DNA of 62,957 bases, filler included, from Octopus bimaculoides (Eukaryota): assembly GCF_001194135.2 (NCBI RefSeq). It is 10 parts of 9 records of this genome, joined end to end, with 100 filler letters (N's around TTAATTAATTAA, not from the genome) between each part and the next. Parts side by side here need not be neighbours in the genome. Positions count along the whole stretch, not along the records: positions 1 to 2,646 come from NC_068983.1; positions 2,747 to 32,289 come from NC_068982.1; 8 more parts are not named here. One strand, 5' to 3'. The notes beneath the pieces were generated by a model that was not told the DNA's origin, did no database searches, and worked only from the letters and a program-made list of their open reading frames with translations. The position numbers and the translations under genes are program-made. Shown in pieces: positions 1 to 13,911 of the stretch; position 1 is the first letter of the stretch; each line of letters opens with the position of its first letter.

Positions 1-240
1 AAAAGAACAAGACAAGCGTTCCAAAATTATGTTTCTCGACATTTTTCAAATGTCAAGAAGGAAATTTTTGTATTTTGCTAGGGCCGAAACTGCCCCTGGG
101 GGTCAATTCCTGCCCTTGAAAATACACACAAATGAAGCCTAGGTGCTTCGCAACAAAATTATTTAAAAATTCCAACAAAATGTGGACAGTAAAAGGTCAA
201 ATAAACGTTTACCTTCGCAGCCGATGTGACAGCACGTCCG

Positions 241-247
241 TGAGAAG

Positions 248-296
<49 letters not shown>
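241..296 (+). repeat. (GATA)n microsatellite
   Basis: Direct tandem repeat. Confidence 0.95.
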
Positions 297-834
297 TTTG
301 TACGTATGTATGCATGTGTGTGTTCTCTTTCTAATTATTTAAATTCGTCCTCTAAGGGAGAAGCTTGTTTCTAACAAAGACACAAAGTTCTATCGTTGGA
401 ACATAGATAACGAAAACAATGTTACATTTTAAACTTGAGTAAAGTTTTGAATATTTTTTTTTGTTCCACTTACAAGTTAGTTGGTTGATTTCCTTTTCTG
501 AAAACTCTAGTGTATCAAGATTGTTCCTTAGGCATTTACTCAAAAAACCAAATGCACCGGTTATTGTTGGTATAATTGTGAATTTATAATCTGGATATAG
601 AAACTGGAAGTTCTGAAGCAGTTATTCATAGTTATTGTCTTTGTCTTTGATTTTCAAAGAAATATTTGCAATAGCAGAACAGCTGACTTATATCCGGCTT
701 GTTGTGGTTAGACTTGACAGCTGTTTTGATGGGAATGTTCCACTAGTATTCCTTGTGTTGGCGTTTGTGTATATATTCAATAACAGGGGTTTTCTGTATG
801 TATGTATGTATGTATGTATGTATCATCTGATGAA

Positions 835-981
835 GAATTTTGTGTCGCAGCCACGCACTCTTGGGTTCAGCTTCACCACATGGCACTTTTAGTGTCTTTT
901 AATATAGCCCTGGAAGAATCAATGCCTTGTGAGTGAAGTTGGCAGACTGAAATGATGTAGAAGTCCGTCGTATACGCGCGC

Positions 982-1022
<41 letters not shown>

Positions 1023-1145
1023 TTTGTCCTCCTACCACCTGATATCTAACACTGCTTTGTTTATGTCCTCGTAACTTAGTGACAGAACAAATACCAAATC
1101 AATTTGTTCGTCTAAACATTTCAACGTGGTACTGCATTATAACCA
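835..1145 (+). mobile_element. Degenerate tRNA-derived SINE (family 1)
   Basis: Similar to the better copies at 16339-16770 and 28970-29275 (GGGTTCAG, GCCTTGTGAGTG, GTCCGTCGTATA, internal (TG)n, CGTAACTTAG). Confidence 0.7.
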
Positions 1146-1589
1146 CAGTCCAATGAATGAAACAAATAAACGAATAAAAGAATATATAGAGAGAGAGGTT
1201 TGAGTCACTAAACGTGACGCATTTTCAAAATTCTTGATTATCAAAATATTCGTTTTTCTTTTTCTTCATTTATTTAAATCGAGCCTTTTATTGTGTTCGC
1301 ATATTTTTCATTAGATTTTATGTTCATTCATTAAAACAAAATTAATATTGAATGCTTCTGGCATGCTAATCTTCTACTTCTTTAATCGTTTTAGTTATAC
1401 TGTCAGCAAGCTTTTACCACAACGCAACCTTGAATTTTAAATTATAACATTCTTCAAGAACTGTTGCTAATAAAGTTTCGTTTCATTTGACAATTTTTAA
1501 ATTATCTTTTGAATTAGTAATCTGCCATGAATTTTCTATTTGGTTCCAACAGGAGATTGTTCAAACCAAATGAAAGTGCCCAAATGCAT

Positions 1590-2070
1590 GATCTTTGAGA
1601 TGCTGGTTGGTGTACTGCCGATCGCGAATACAAGCGGCCGAAATGGGGCTCCTTCGAAGGATTTCTGAAAGATTGTGACATGTCAGGCTGCGTAGCACAG
1701 AGTTCAAGGAGTCTCTTCAGGTCGAGCCGCTTCTTCTTGGCATTGAGAGATCACATCTTTGGTACTATGGACATGTGATTAGAATATCACAGGAAAGAGT
1801 CGCAAGACGGATTCATCAAGTCCGGCCAACCGACAGGAGACCTAAGAGAAGACAATAAATGAAACGGTTGGATAATATCGTTAGTTTCAGCTGGGCATGC
1901 TTGGGGATCCAGCCAGAAAGTCTAATGACGGTTGCTTCTGATAAGACCTAATGTAGGAGGTAGTGAGGATTCTACCCAACATTGCCTCTCAGGAGTAATG
2001 GGCAAAGAAGATGGATGGATGAATGGATGGATGGATGAATGGATGGATGGATGAATGGATGGATGGATGA
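1590..2070 (+). mobile_element. RTE-clade LINE 3' fragment with (GGAT)n tail
   Basis: Translates to RIQAAEMGLLRRIS...LQVEPLLLGIERSHLWYYGHVIRISQERVARRI, typical of an RTE RT C-terminus, followed by (GGAT/GAAT)n. Confidence 0.8.
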
Positions 2071-2573
2071 GAAAATATTACCATTCTGGAATATGCAGGC
2101 TGTTGTAGAAATGAAACAAGATACCTTTGCATAATTTCTTCCTGATATGATTTTGTGAAACTAAGTCTTGAGACAGATATTGTTATATACTGGGGTGGTC
2201 ATTTTTTTTTCAGAGAATGAGTAGCTCAAGACATTGATGATTTGTGATCTACACTTGTATCTTCATAATACCACTATCAATCTTTTTTATTAGTTAAAGG
2301 CTAGAGTATGTATCTTCTATGAGGGAAGATTGCAAAACAAAATATCAGAATTTTAAGTTTGTACCATTAAAACTCAATAAATTAGCATATGAACCATATT
2401 TATTTATCAAAAACTGGAGTTTGGATTTCAAGCATACATTTGTAGATAATAATAATTATGTTTACATTTATAAGTCTATATCTGTTTATATATGTAAAAA
2501 ATAACCTTTACATTGTATAAAGATAAAAAGAATGTGTGTATGTGTCTATGTGTGTGCATGCGTACGTACGTGC

Positions 2574-2646
<73 letters not shown>

Positions 2647-3014
2647 NNNNNNNNNNNNNNNNNNNNNNNNNNNNNNNNNNNNNNNNNNNNTTAATTAATT
2701 AANNNNNNNNNNNNNNNNNNNNNNNNNNNNNNNNNNNNNNNNNNNNTTCTTTTCTTCCTTTTTTGTCACTTTTGCTATGAATTAAATTAATGAATTCAAC
2801 GGGATACACCGCCTGCAAGTAGTTGGGTTCAGCATATTATCCTCCATTTTCTAATTGTTACACAAATTTTGGGTAAAACCTCCACTTTTACCCGCTCCCA
2901 TTGATTGCACCTAGTATAGCACTAGTGTAGCAATAATTGGGTACCCTCCCAGCAGTATACTGGATAGATACTATCCCTTAGTGGGTTGTACCCCCAACCC
3001 CTAACTCTCTCACG

Positions 3015-3066
<52 letters not shown>

Positions 3067-4590
3067 ATATATCTGTGTGTATGTGTATAGAAGGTAAAGA
3101 GCTGTAACTAAATATTGCAATACCTTTTATCCAACGTAGCAATTTGGCTAATTTACGACGTTTACACACAACTATACTAACAGACATAACAAATTATACC
3201 GTTGAGACTATCTCTATTTTTGCTTGATAAGCGCCTCTTAAATAAAAGTGCATTAGCATACATATGTGTACAAAACACTCATTCGCATACAGACATATTG
3301 CATGTAAATTTCTTTACACACAAATGCATACATAAAATAGCGTAACTATATTTATGACCAAATTCCGCTTTGTGAAGTGATTTCTTTGAGACTTAGTAAA
3401 ATGTAGATCGATAAAATATGATCAGACAGTAACATAAGTACCAGGGCAAGGTGTGGTTTACACGAGCTGTGCCTGTGAGAGACTTACAAAAATTGATCAA
3501 TCATGATAAACGAGGGGAAATTTAAATGGAAAGATTAATAAAATTATTATATATGAGCAGACCAATGATCAAATGCCTTTCAGCTGTTTACTTCCCATCT
3601 TTCTTCTAATGCACAATGTATCTGAGACTATATTATCGAATATTCCCTTCCCTTTTTAAGATAATAAGCTGTGATGTATAGTGGAAACGTATCAGCTGTT
3701 TCAGGAAGAGTACGGCTGGCGTTACAGATATGATAGCAGAATAAATGAGTTCTCGAACAACCTGCTTGTTGTCTACGATTTGAAATCTACTGCTGGCGTG
3801 CCGTTATGCTTCTGAGAAAGGCAATTTTTCTACAATAGTCCACTTCACAGTCTCTAATAGGAAACATATCGTCTGAAAATATTCAGCCTCAAGCCAGAAT
3901 CCTCTAAACATCTCGATCTGCATTGCCAATCAAATATGGACAGCGTGTGATGTCTTGTGTCTGCATCAGCGCTGTATTTATGAAACTTATTCCACGTCAA
4001 AAGTGAAATTTCGACATGGCTGTCAAAAAATGACTTTCAATATTTTACCATATTATTCTATCAAACGATATAAATGCATCATGAATAAAAAGAAAGAAAA
4101 AAAAAACATAAAAAATAAATAAAACAAAAATTGATAATATTTTAAGATATGTCATCTGACACTTCCTACACTACTATACATCAAATACATTATCGAAAAA
4201 TATATGTATATGTGTGTGTATTTGTGTGTATAATTAATGGCAGGGTGTGTGCAGAAATAGCGTTCTGTATACTTATCATATACATCTTGGTAACATTAGT
4301 ATTATAGGATATAACACGGGGAAATATTCCTTTGAAGCTGCATTCTATTAACATCGATCGACTGTGCAATAATATCTCATTATCCTAAATGGAACGTCAG
4401 CAAATATGGCTGCTGGTCTTAATGTCCGCCTGGTTGTCAATCTCCACGTCTGTCTGTATTCTTGTATATCTGTCTGTGTGTCTTTTCTCCGTCTATTTTT
4501 CCCTATCAGTACCTCTTTTCTGTCTGTCAGCCTGATTGTCCGTCCGTCAGTCCGTCCCTCTGTCTGTCTGTCTCTCTGACAATCCGTCCA

Positions 4591-4635
<45 letters not shown>

Positions 4636-4773
4636 TTATCCATATAACATATATCTGATGGCTGATTGCTGTGTGTTCGCAGAGTGTATATATACATGTA
4701 AATACATATATGTATATATATATATGCATACATACATACGTACATGCATACATACATACGTATACACATATAC

Positions 4774-4804
<31 letters not shown>

Positions 4805-4979
4805 CATACATACATACATACGTACGTACGTACGTACGTACATGCCTCAACTAATTCCAACAAGATCGTTGTGACTAATGAGGTTTCCGGTGGAAAGGAA
4901 AGAATGAGAGTATACACCGAACAGCTTTTGATAAACAAAACTGTATTGTCTGAAGTGAAAAAAAAGAAAAAAAAAACAT

Positions 4980-5460
4980 CGTTGGTGCATTGTAACACTG
5001 AGGCCTGATTATAGTAAGGCATTTGGTTATATGCGCCATCCATGGCTGCTGAAGTGCCAACATTTGGTAAAAGTGTCTGCTACTTTAAATGTTGCCATTG
5101 AGATGCTCGCAAAGACCTGAGAACCAATTCTTATACTAAGAATTGAGAATGAAACGATTGTCCCCGATGTTATAAATATTTCAAAGGGAATATTCCAAAA
5201 ATTAGTTTTTCTCTAATTCTGATCATTTTGGCATTAAATCTATTATCATTCTTGCTACAAAATTCAAATGGCTAAATGCTAGAGTCTGCAACTGTTAGAT
5301 ATATTCATGCAACCTATAATTTCTTTGTAGATGACCTCAAAATTTATGCTAAAAATGTTAACAAGTTAAAAAAAAAAAAAAGAAAATAAATAAACAGCTT
5401 GAATTAATTATATTTTTTCAGTTGACATAAAAATGGAATTTGGTCAAAAGAAATGTTCAT
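4980..5460 (+). mobile_element. R4/Dong-like non-LTR RT remnants
   Basis: DYSKAFGYMRHPWLLKC, FVDDLKIYAKN and MEFGQKKC match RT motifs also seen in the 52.3-53.7 kb copy. Confidence 0.65.
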
Positions 5461-6049
5461 ATGAGAAAAATCAGTCCCCCAGACCCAAAACTTGTGCATC
5501 AATAGTTTCGCTATCTCTCCTGCTACAAGTATCTTAGCATTGATGAGAATGTATAATTCGATAGGTACTGTGAATAAAAATAAAGAGACCCGAGGAAAAT
5601 ATCGTAACTGGAACACTTTTCGTGCTACAAGACAACATCCCGTAATGCATTTGCCGTATCAGTCCTGATTCCAACATTTGGAATACTTGACTGGTCTGTA
5701 GAAAATATCCACTCTACAGACGTTAAAATCCGTATGATACTGACATCAATTGGAAATCTGCACAGAAATAATGATATCGACAGGCTCCACTTAAGAAGAG
5801 ATAAAGAAGGCAAAAGCATGTGATTAGTGCAGGCAGCCATCGAATGTTACAGAGCTTCTCACAGACAGCATTTTTAAGCAACAGCTGTAAAAATAGATAA
5901 ATTAACTTAGTGTTGAAACATGAAGAGAACAATATCCAATGTGTTGGCAGTGAACTCCTCAGGACGCTTTCTCTTCCTAATGACCTGCCATCCAACCCTA
6001 AAACAACGAAATTAAAACGCACGCGCACACACACACATACACACACAAA

Positions 6050-6290
6050 CACCCATATATGTTTATATGTCTGTGTGTGGGTGATCTTATCTTTATGTTT
6101 GTGTCCCCACCCCGCCCCCACCGCTTGACAACCGGTGATGGTGTGATTACGTCCCCGTAACATGTCGAAAGAAAATAAGTAATAGGCTTAAAAAAATTGG
6201 TCCTGGGGTGTTTCGTTCGAGTAAAACACTACAAGGCAGTGCTCCAGCATGGCCGTAGTCAAAGGACTGTAACACGTACAAGAATAAAGA
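6050..6290 (+). mobile_element. SINE family 1, 3' half
   Basis: CGCTTGACAACCG, TTACGTCCCCGTAAC, GTCCTGGGGTG and GCTCCAGCATGGCCG motifs shared with other copies. Confidence 0.8.
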
Positions 6291-7176
6291 ATGTTCCAAG
6301 AGATAGACAGACAGACACACACACACATACACACACACACATTAATCGGCATATATGCAGTTACACATTAATATCCTAATATTCTTTAGAGACATATACT
6401 TATATAAACATACTTACGTACCTACATGAACACATACTTACACATACTTACACATACTTAGATAAACATATTTACTTTCATGTACATAGACCCATATATA
6501 TACACATTACATATTATTGGCGATTCTTCTAGCATTACAGCGTCAGGTTAAATCAATATTTTTTTCTTCCTACGCATTTTTTAATATATTTTTACATAAT
6601 CTTGTATTTCTCACTAATCTTTATTTATCTAAACATATTAGTAATGATATTGAAAACATTATAATAGAATTTTTGATTAAATAACGTTTTAATGTACGTA
6701 CATGATCATAGGTACACAGATAATTATAATTATCTAATAATTCAAGTAAACGACAATACGAAGTTGCTATTATATAGAATCCCATTTCTCTCGTCATACC
6801 CTCTTTTTCTGTTTTCTTCCATATTTTTTCTCCTCATTTTGATATGTTGTTTGTAAATAACTTTCATATTCGATTTTCTTTTTTGTTTTTTAACTGGATT
6901 TAAGACATTCCGGATTTGGACATACTGAAATAGTGTGGGGAAGACGAAATCAAAAATCAAAATACGCATGAAGGACCCCACGCAAATATTTTATGAAAGA
7001 AGATAAAAGCATAAAAAACATAAATAATAATAATGTTCTTTGGTTCTCTTATTTGTCAGAAGCCATAGATATGAGGAGTGGACATGTTTTATGGAAAGAA
7101 GTAACAAACAAAAAATATATATTAGCGCTTAGATCGATAAGTATACGATTAGAAAAAGATATATCATTGGTTTCAG

Positions 7177-7253
<77 letters not shown>

Positions 7254-7701
7254 NNNNNNNNNNNNNNNNNNNNNNNNNNNNNNNNNNNNNNNNNNNNNNN
7301 NNNNNNNNNNNNNNNNNNNNNNNNNNNNNNNNNNNNNNNNNNNNNNNNNNNNNNNNNNNNNNNNNNNNNNNNNNNNNNNNNNNNNNNNNNNNNNNNNNNN
7401 NNNNNNNNNNNNNNNNNNNNNNNNNNNNNNNNNNNNNNNNNNNNNNNNNNNNNNNNNNNNNNNNNNNNNNNNNNNNNNNNNNNNNNNNNNNNNNNNNNNN
7501 NNNNNNNNNNNNNNNNNNNNNNNNNNNNNNNNNNNNNNNNNNNNNNNNNNNNNNNNNNNNNNNNNNNNNNNNNNNNNNNNNNNNNNNNNNNNNNNNNNNN
7601 NNNNNNNNNNNNNNNNNNNNNNNNNTATATATATATATATATATGCATGTGTATATATATATATATATATATATGCATATATATGTGTATGTATATATAT
7701 G

Positions 7702-7791
<90 letters not shown>

Positions 7792-7840
7792 TACATATTT
7801 ATATGTATATATATGTGTATATATACATATGTGTATGTAT

Positions 7841-7876
<36 letters not shown>

Positions 7877-9441
7877 GTGAATGTACCTCTGTATCTATCA
7901 CTGTCTCTCCGGAGATTGAGCGCTTGACACTTTTTTTAATAATCTGCACATGGCTATGAATGAGCTCCTGCATTTGCTCTTACTCTCCAGTCTAGTTCAC
8001 TTTATGGTCACAGGCAGCACTGCGTGTCCTTTGCAATCATCTCAGTATTCATATATCTGTGGCTTCTGCAGATTCAGTGATTTTCGAAAATTCCTTTGCT
8101 TAGTTTGCTTACATTAATCCGTAGTTTTGACTTCCAAGCACACAGTACACATCAGCGGTGATTTAGACTGTAAACACAACAGCAATGTAGAAAAATGTAG
8201 AAGTATAGAGAGACTTGCATTCCGTTGCTTCGGTACACACTCTGTGTAAAAGATACGGTATTGCTTCATCGGTATTGCTTTACGATAAAATAGAAAAGGT
8301 AGGAAGGAAATATTGTAATTTTTTACAGCGAGTGATTCTAAAAAGAAAATCACTATAAGAAAAACCACGAGAGCAGAAGTCCAAAGCGATACGTTCAACA
8401 CACACTCTGTGTTTAATCTTAAAGGCTTATGCTACGTATTGGGTTGAGTGAAGAAGCTAATTTCTTTTTTTGGCACGGTTCGGTAGCAAAGAGCTTATTA
8501 AGAACGTAACATACTCTTTCAGGAATTTACTTGAATTGTTATCAGAAAAAAGGTAAATTTGAATTGGGAACACCTGGAAATAGAAAGAATTTCGCGAGAC
8601 ATCTACCAGTTCGCCGCTTTCTTTGAAAACAGTGTTCGCTTCTTTGTTCCTCTGATCACTTTTACAATGAGAGGTATAATAACATTTTCTATATTTACGT
8701 CAAAATATGAATAAAGAGACATACGTGAATGAAGAATACAACTTTCCCGAATTTTATTGAAAATGCTAAACAAATACATATCTTTCTCTAAAAGCACGTC
8801 AAATTGTCCTCACATAGGTGGTGTTTGAATTTTAAAACTTTGATCCCGAACGTACGTTCTTAATTTATTTTATTTCTGTTTTGGTAACATGTCACTTCGT
8901 TATTATTTATTCCTATGAATAATTAATGTTGTATATATTTTGTTGGAGCATAGCTACTTCGATACGCTTTAAATTTCGATTTTCAGGGAGATATTCCGGA
9001 TAAAATGAGGTATCTTCCTCACTTTCAAGAGATGTTTTCACCCCTTCCTTGATTACATTATCAGTAGTGTGTGAAACCGTTTCTCCAGGCTGTTTACTAA
9101 AACTCCTGAGCAGTTAATTTCGTTGATATAATTGTTTGGCATACAGAGAAGTTTCACAGGAAAGGATCCGAACCAAGTTGCTCTTGAGGAAACCGCAATG
9201 GGAATGATACATGTACAAAGTAGCATGAAAAGTATGCTTATTGTTGGTTTCTCCCCTTTACAAATGGCTTGAAGCCATTCCTCATTAGCGGCCGTTTGCT
9301 AAAGCTCTTGAGTTGTTAATTTCTTTGTTATAAGTGAAAACTGTGCTTATTGTCGGTTTCCCTCGGGTGTATAGAGCGATAACTCTCTAAGTAGGCATCA
9401 CTTCCATAAAAAAACCACTGCAGTCTCATGCATGTACTTAC

Positions 9442-9743
9442 TACATTCCTCTGATTCGATTTGATTCTCCCTGTTCCTACATCACACGTAATGTTTAAGA
9501 TATTTCCGGTAACGAAGAGAGATTTATTAAAAAATTCAATGACATTTTGTACAAGGTCACTATCTGGTGGAACCACCATGTTTACACTTGTAATAATATG
9601 AGCTGGAGCTGAAACAGTTTTCATAACAACAGAAACTAGTCGATCAGCTCTATTGTGTCGGCTGCTAAGAGTTCTGTTATTTAAACACGGAATCTCCTGT
9701 CTGAGCGAAGTTGTATATACGTTTAATAAGCATATAGTTGTAG
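9442..9743 (-). CDS. Candidate 302-nt coding exon of an unknown secreted or membrane protein
   Basis: Acceptor tttttaattccaattAG, donor GTA|GTAAGT, open for 100 codons. Spliced N-terminus MYILATTICLLNVYTTS-LRQEIPC looks like a signal peptide; NRT/NKS/NIT sequons. Family not recognised. Confidence 0.5.
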
Positions 9744-9996
9744 CTAATTGGAATTAAAAAACATTATTCGTCACAAAACCGGTGATGATTCGATTCTACC
9801 TCTCGATACATTCACAAAGTATGCTGTACAACAATAGTCTCAAACTAACAAATGTATTGTGAATGGAATTTAGTAGCAGTAAAACGTTGTAAAAGCTCAT
9901 CCTATATGTATGGATCTATATTTCACCAATTTATATCAACGATAGAACCGATACACTGCAGATTTCGAAAGAGTCTCGCACGAAGTATACATTTAC

Positions 9997-10009
9997 CCAG
10001 GATGTACAT
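9997..10009 (-). CDS. Candidate first coding segment (MYIL + phase 1) of an unknown secreted protein, within exon 10038-9997
   Basis: Acceptor ctctggttcatacAG at 10040-10039, donor CTGG|GTAAAT at 9996, in-frame upstream TGA. Confidence 0.4.
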
Positions 10010-10569
10010 GTACGCTCATCTCAGCTTCTTCATCGTGTCTGTATGAACCAGAGATGGATTCATTAATATTATTCAGAGAATGCAGTGAAGCATTTTCAGT
10101 TCTGAATCTGATGATATTGCTCACAGAATACAAAATTATGCATGGATATCATATATATANNNNNNNNNNNNNNNNNNNNNNNNNNNNNNNNNNNNNNNNN
10201 NNNNNNNNNNNNNNNNNNNNNNNNNNNNNNNNNNNNNNNNNNNNNNNNNNNNNNNNNNNNNNNNNNNNNNNNNNNNNNNNNNNNNNNNNNNNNNNNNNNN
10301 NNNNNNNNNNNNNNNNNNNNNNNNNNNNNNNNNNNNNNNNNNNNNNNNNNNNNNNNNNNNNNNNNNNNNNNNNNNNNNNNNNNNNNNNNNNNNNNNNNNN
10401 NNNNNNNNNNNNNNNNNNNNNNNNNNNNNNNNNNNNNNNNNNNNNNNNNNNNNNNNNNNNNNNNNNNNNNNNNNNNNNNNNNNNNNNNNNNNNNNNNNNN
10501 NNNNNNNNNNNNNNNNNNNNNNNNNNNNNNNNNNNNNNNNNNNNNNNNNNNNNNNNNNNNNNNNNNNNN

Positions 10570-10609
<40 letters not shown>

Positions 10610-10718
10610 GTGTGTGTGTACGTATATATATATAAACACACACACACATATATAAATATAAATGTATAAATATATAAATATATATATAAATGAATGTTCG
10701 TATGTATGTGTATGTGAG

Positions 10719-10789
<71 letters not shown>

Positions 10790-11329
10790 ACACTAAATTA
10801 CAGTTGGTTGGCTTTGCAATTTAGTTACAGAGGAATTGCAGATTGCTTTCATAGAAGAATAATAAGTGCTCGAAAGTGCAAAATAGGTATGAAATAAGGG
10901 GGTGCATGAAACCTTATGAAACTCATGCAATTCACTGAATTCTGGAGACCATAATGAAATTCAATTATGATATCGAAAAAATTCAAGGTCTTTCATCCTT
11001 TTCGCATATATATCGACTTTAAATGACGTGAAGGAAGGTGCTTGGCGAGGAAATATAATTTAGGAAATATATAGATAAAGAATAAAAAGAATAATGAAGG
11101 AGAAAGCTTAAAGAGTTATACATGATTTAAATTGTTTCTGGATAGAGGAGACTTATGGTAAAAAGCATTGTGCAGTCTCGCATCCGTATTTCTTTAGATT
11201 AGAGTGGTGGAGTTTCAAAGACATAAGATCGGTTGACAAAATAACCACTAAGTTTGCTTTCTAATTTCATATACACACGCGTTCAAATTCGTGGTTTCCA
11301 TTTTTGAAGGGGCAAAGAAATCAAATATC

Positions 11330-11570
11330 TCTTGAGTACTTGTGTGAATTTAATTGACAAACCTCTGAAAACTGTAACTTCGTGCCTATATCGCAAACAT
11401 ATTTCTTCAGATACACGGTGGTAGATAGGTAGTAGTGTGAGGATATCGGACAAAAGATCATTTGGTTTTACATTACAGCCTTGTGCATTCTATATTCAAA
11501 TCTTGTAAGGTCAACTGCATCTATCACCGCTTTGGTATCCATAAAAGTAAGTACAACAGTCATGTACCGC
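11330..11570 (+). mobile_element. Degenerate SINE family 2
   Basis: TTCAAATC...GTCAACT...CTATCACCGCTTTGG...ATAAAAGTAAGTAC resembles the copies at 15290-15500 and 61350-61560. Confidence 0.5.
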
Positions 11571-11599
11571 TGTAGATTTAATTGCTAATTCCCTCTCCT

Positions 11600-12390
11600 T
11601 TTCTTGAATGGCTATTTCTGAGTGGAGTGTTGTTGGTAGGATTTGTGAACTAGGAACTTTAACCGTTCCATGAGATCAACTCTCACCTACGCATGATTGT
11701 TTTTGAAGCTTTAGTGAACTGCATTCCTGTCCGGCTTTGAGAAAAGTGATGACCTTTTCCCTTCAGTGGAGTGAATGACTGTCGATATCATTTCCACAAT
11801 CATCCTGTTGTAGCTATCGGCTAAGGCACTGAGGCAAATACTAAGGGGATATTGAAAATGATACACTTTCGACGCACAAAGGACAGGACGGTGTTCCACT
11901 CTTGCTCCATAAGTGAAGTTTGTTGGACTTGGTAAAGTATCGTAGAAAGCGTGGACCAATAATCAGATGCATTGGTGCACTGGTTTTCACTCCATAAGAG
12001 ACCCGAGTAGGTAATGTTCTGTTGCTCTATTTTGGTGCACCTCGTCCAGGTTCTGGGTCGGTCGGTTTCCCCGACCCACTTGATTATGCTTCTTCTTCCC
12101 TGTTCGGTCTTCTTCTTGGGGGAGATGTTTTCGGTCTTTTCCTATGAAAAGGTTGGGATGTAGCACAAGTTTGAGTGCGCTATCACTACGGTCCCAGCAA
12201 ACGCCGTTTGCCTCAAACGTCCCTCTGCCACCTGCAAGTTTCTGGCAGCACTACACTTCGATGCCATCTGCTGCTGCTGATTTTGAGTGTCTGAAATTTC
12301 TGAGGCCTTATGTAACACGTACAAAGGGTGGCTGCCTAGGTTCCTCAGTAAACCAAGCCACATCCTCAAAAACTGATGATTTTTCTCTCT
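11600..12390 (-). other. GC-richer decayed coding-like segment, probable TE fragment of unassigned family
   Basis: Long semi-open frames with scattered stops (SVFEDVAWFTEEP...GVCWDRSDSALKLVLHPNLF); no motif recognised. Confidence 0.3.
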
Positions 12391-12405
12391 GTCCGTCCAC
12401 CCATC

Positions 12406-12446
<41 letters not shown>

Positions 12447-12919
12447 GTGTGTGTGCGTGTATGTGTATGTGTGTGTGTATGTGTATGTGTGTGTGTATGT
12501 ATATGGACTATGCATTATTGATTGCATTTGCTAAAATTTCAGAGAGCCCCGTGACTGTGCGGTGCTTTTGATTCTAATCGAATGTAATAGATCATTACAT
12601 TTTAGCACAGATCGGTTGCCCATTATTAAATCTGTCCCATAACGTAACTAGTATTTTTCTGTGTAAAGCCGGGACGGATGGAAGAAAAGGTAGACCTCGG
12701 TGAAATTAATTTCGGAATGTAAAGAGTTGGATGATATACCTCAAATCATTTTCTTAGTTATTCTGTTTTACCAAACCACTGTTCTAAGATATATGACATT
12801 AAATAACCTTTCTTGTTGATTTTTTAAACCGCAGATCAAATTTGATCAAACACATCAATCATGAAAGGCCTTTCACTCTGACTATGCTATCATAGTTTAC
12901 AGACTTTCTACCATCTGCT

Positions 12920-13090
12920 TGGTTAGAAGAAACGTTAGGGTGTCGTACAACATACTAGGTGGGTTTTATACTTGAATTTTACGTATTGGATTCAAATTCC
13001 GTAGTCGTCAAATTTACTTTCTATCTTTCTGGAGTCGATCAAATAAAGCACCAGTCAAGTCCTGGTGTCGGTCTCATCGACTGATACTGA
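12920..13090 (+). mobile_element. SINE family 2 fragment
   Basis: TTCAAATTCCG...GTCGTCAAATTTACTTT...GGAGTCGATCAAATAAAGCACCAG. Confidence 0.6.
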
Positions 13091-13911
13091 TATGTTCCAG
13101 GTTTTGACAAGCAGAAGACTACGACAGACGATCCTGAATGTATCTTTTTTGCAACGCTTGCAAAGAATTGTTGGGCGATATAAAACTCACCAAAAAGAGT
13201 TATAAAACTCAACATAATTTCGCCACAATAATGGTGAAATATCGCTATCTACCTTTCTCGATTATTTGGAGGTGAGTTGTCTCGCTTGGCCGGGGACATT
13301 CAGTGTTCTTTAACACTCGACGTCGGGTAAGGAGCTTTCCCATGAAAACTATCCAGCAACAAATGAATGTATAAACAAGCCACACATACTATGAATGTGT
13401 GACTGATAGCATTTACATTTGTATAGTTGCTCTTAATTCGTAATTTAATCTGATATCATACTCGCCAATGTGCCTAGATTATGATTCATGGGAGAGTAAG
13501 GAAGATTTAGCTTTGAGCCATTCTTTTGGCCAATGAATAAGCCTTCTAAAGGCTTATGGTTGAGTTAACTTCGGTACACTGATCGAATTTTAAAATGTGA
13601 AACCTACACGTCATCACTAAAAACTCTCTACCATTAGAACTACCACAACTACCACCGCCGCAGCCGACGCCGAGGCAACAATAACAACAAATAAATGCTT
13701 CCTGTCTTCATTATCATCACCATGAATGCTGCATCACTTATAGAACAGAAATTTTCATGCATTTTTGAAAGCCGCAACTCTGACTCCATTCTATATTCTA
13801 CTTTCAAAAACTTACTGAAACGAATAAATTATCTCCACTCAGTACAATTTATTCAATATTCAATGTTCACTTGGGAGGTATCAATCTAGAAACTATAAGC
13901 AACTAAAGTAC

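Noticed and set aside
3733-3796. HHR-like layout AGCAG..TAAATGA..hairpin..GAAATCTA-CTGCT
   Set aside because: Core matches only 4/7 of CUGANGA and stem III cannot form; at best a heavily decayed relic
9480-9540. NITCD / VGT..K resemblance to piggyBac transposase
   Set aside because: The conserved DN(W/F)FTS segment is missing and the rest does not align; the exon interpretation fits better
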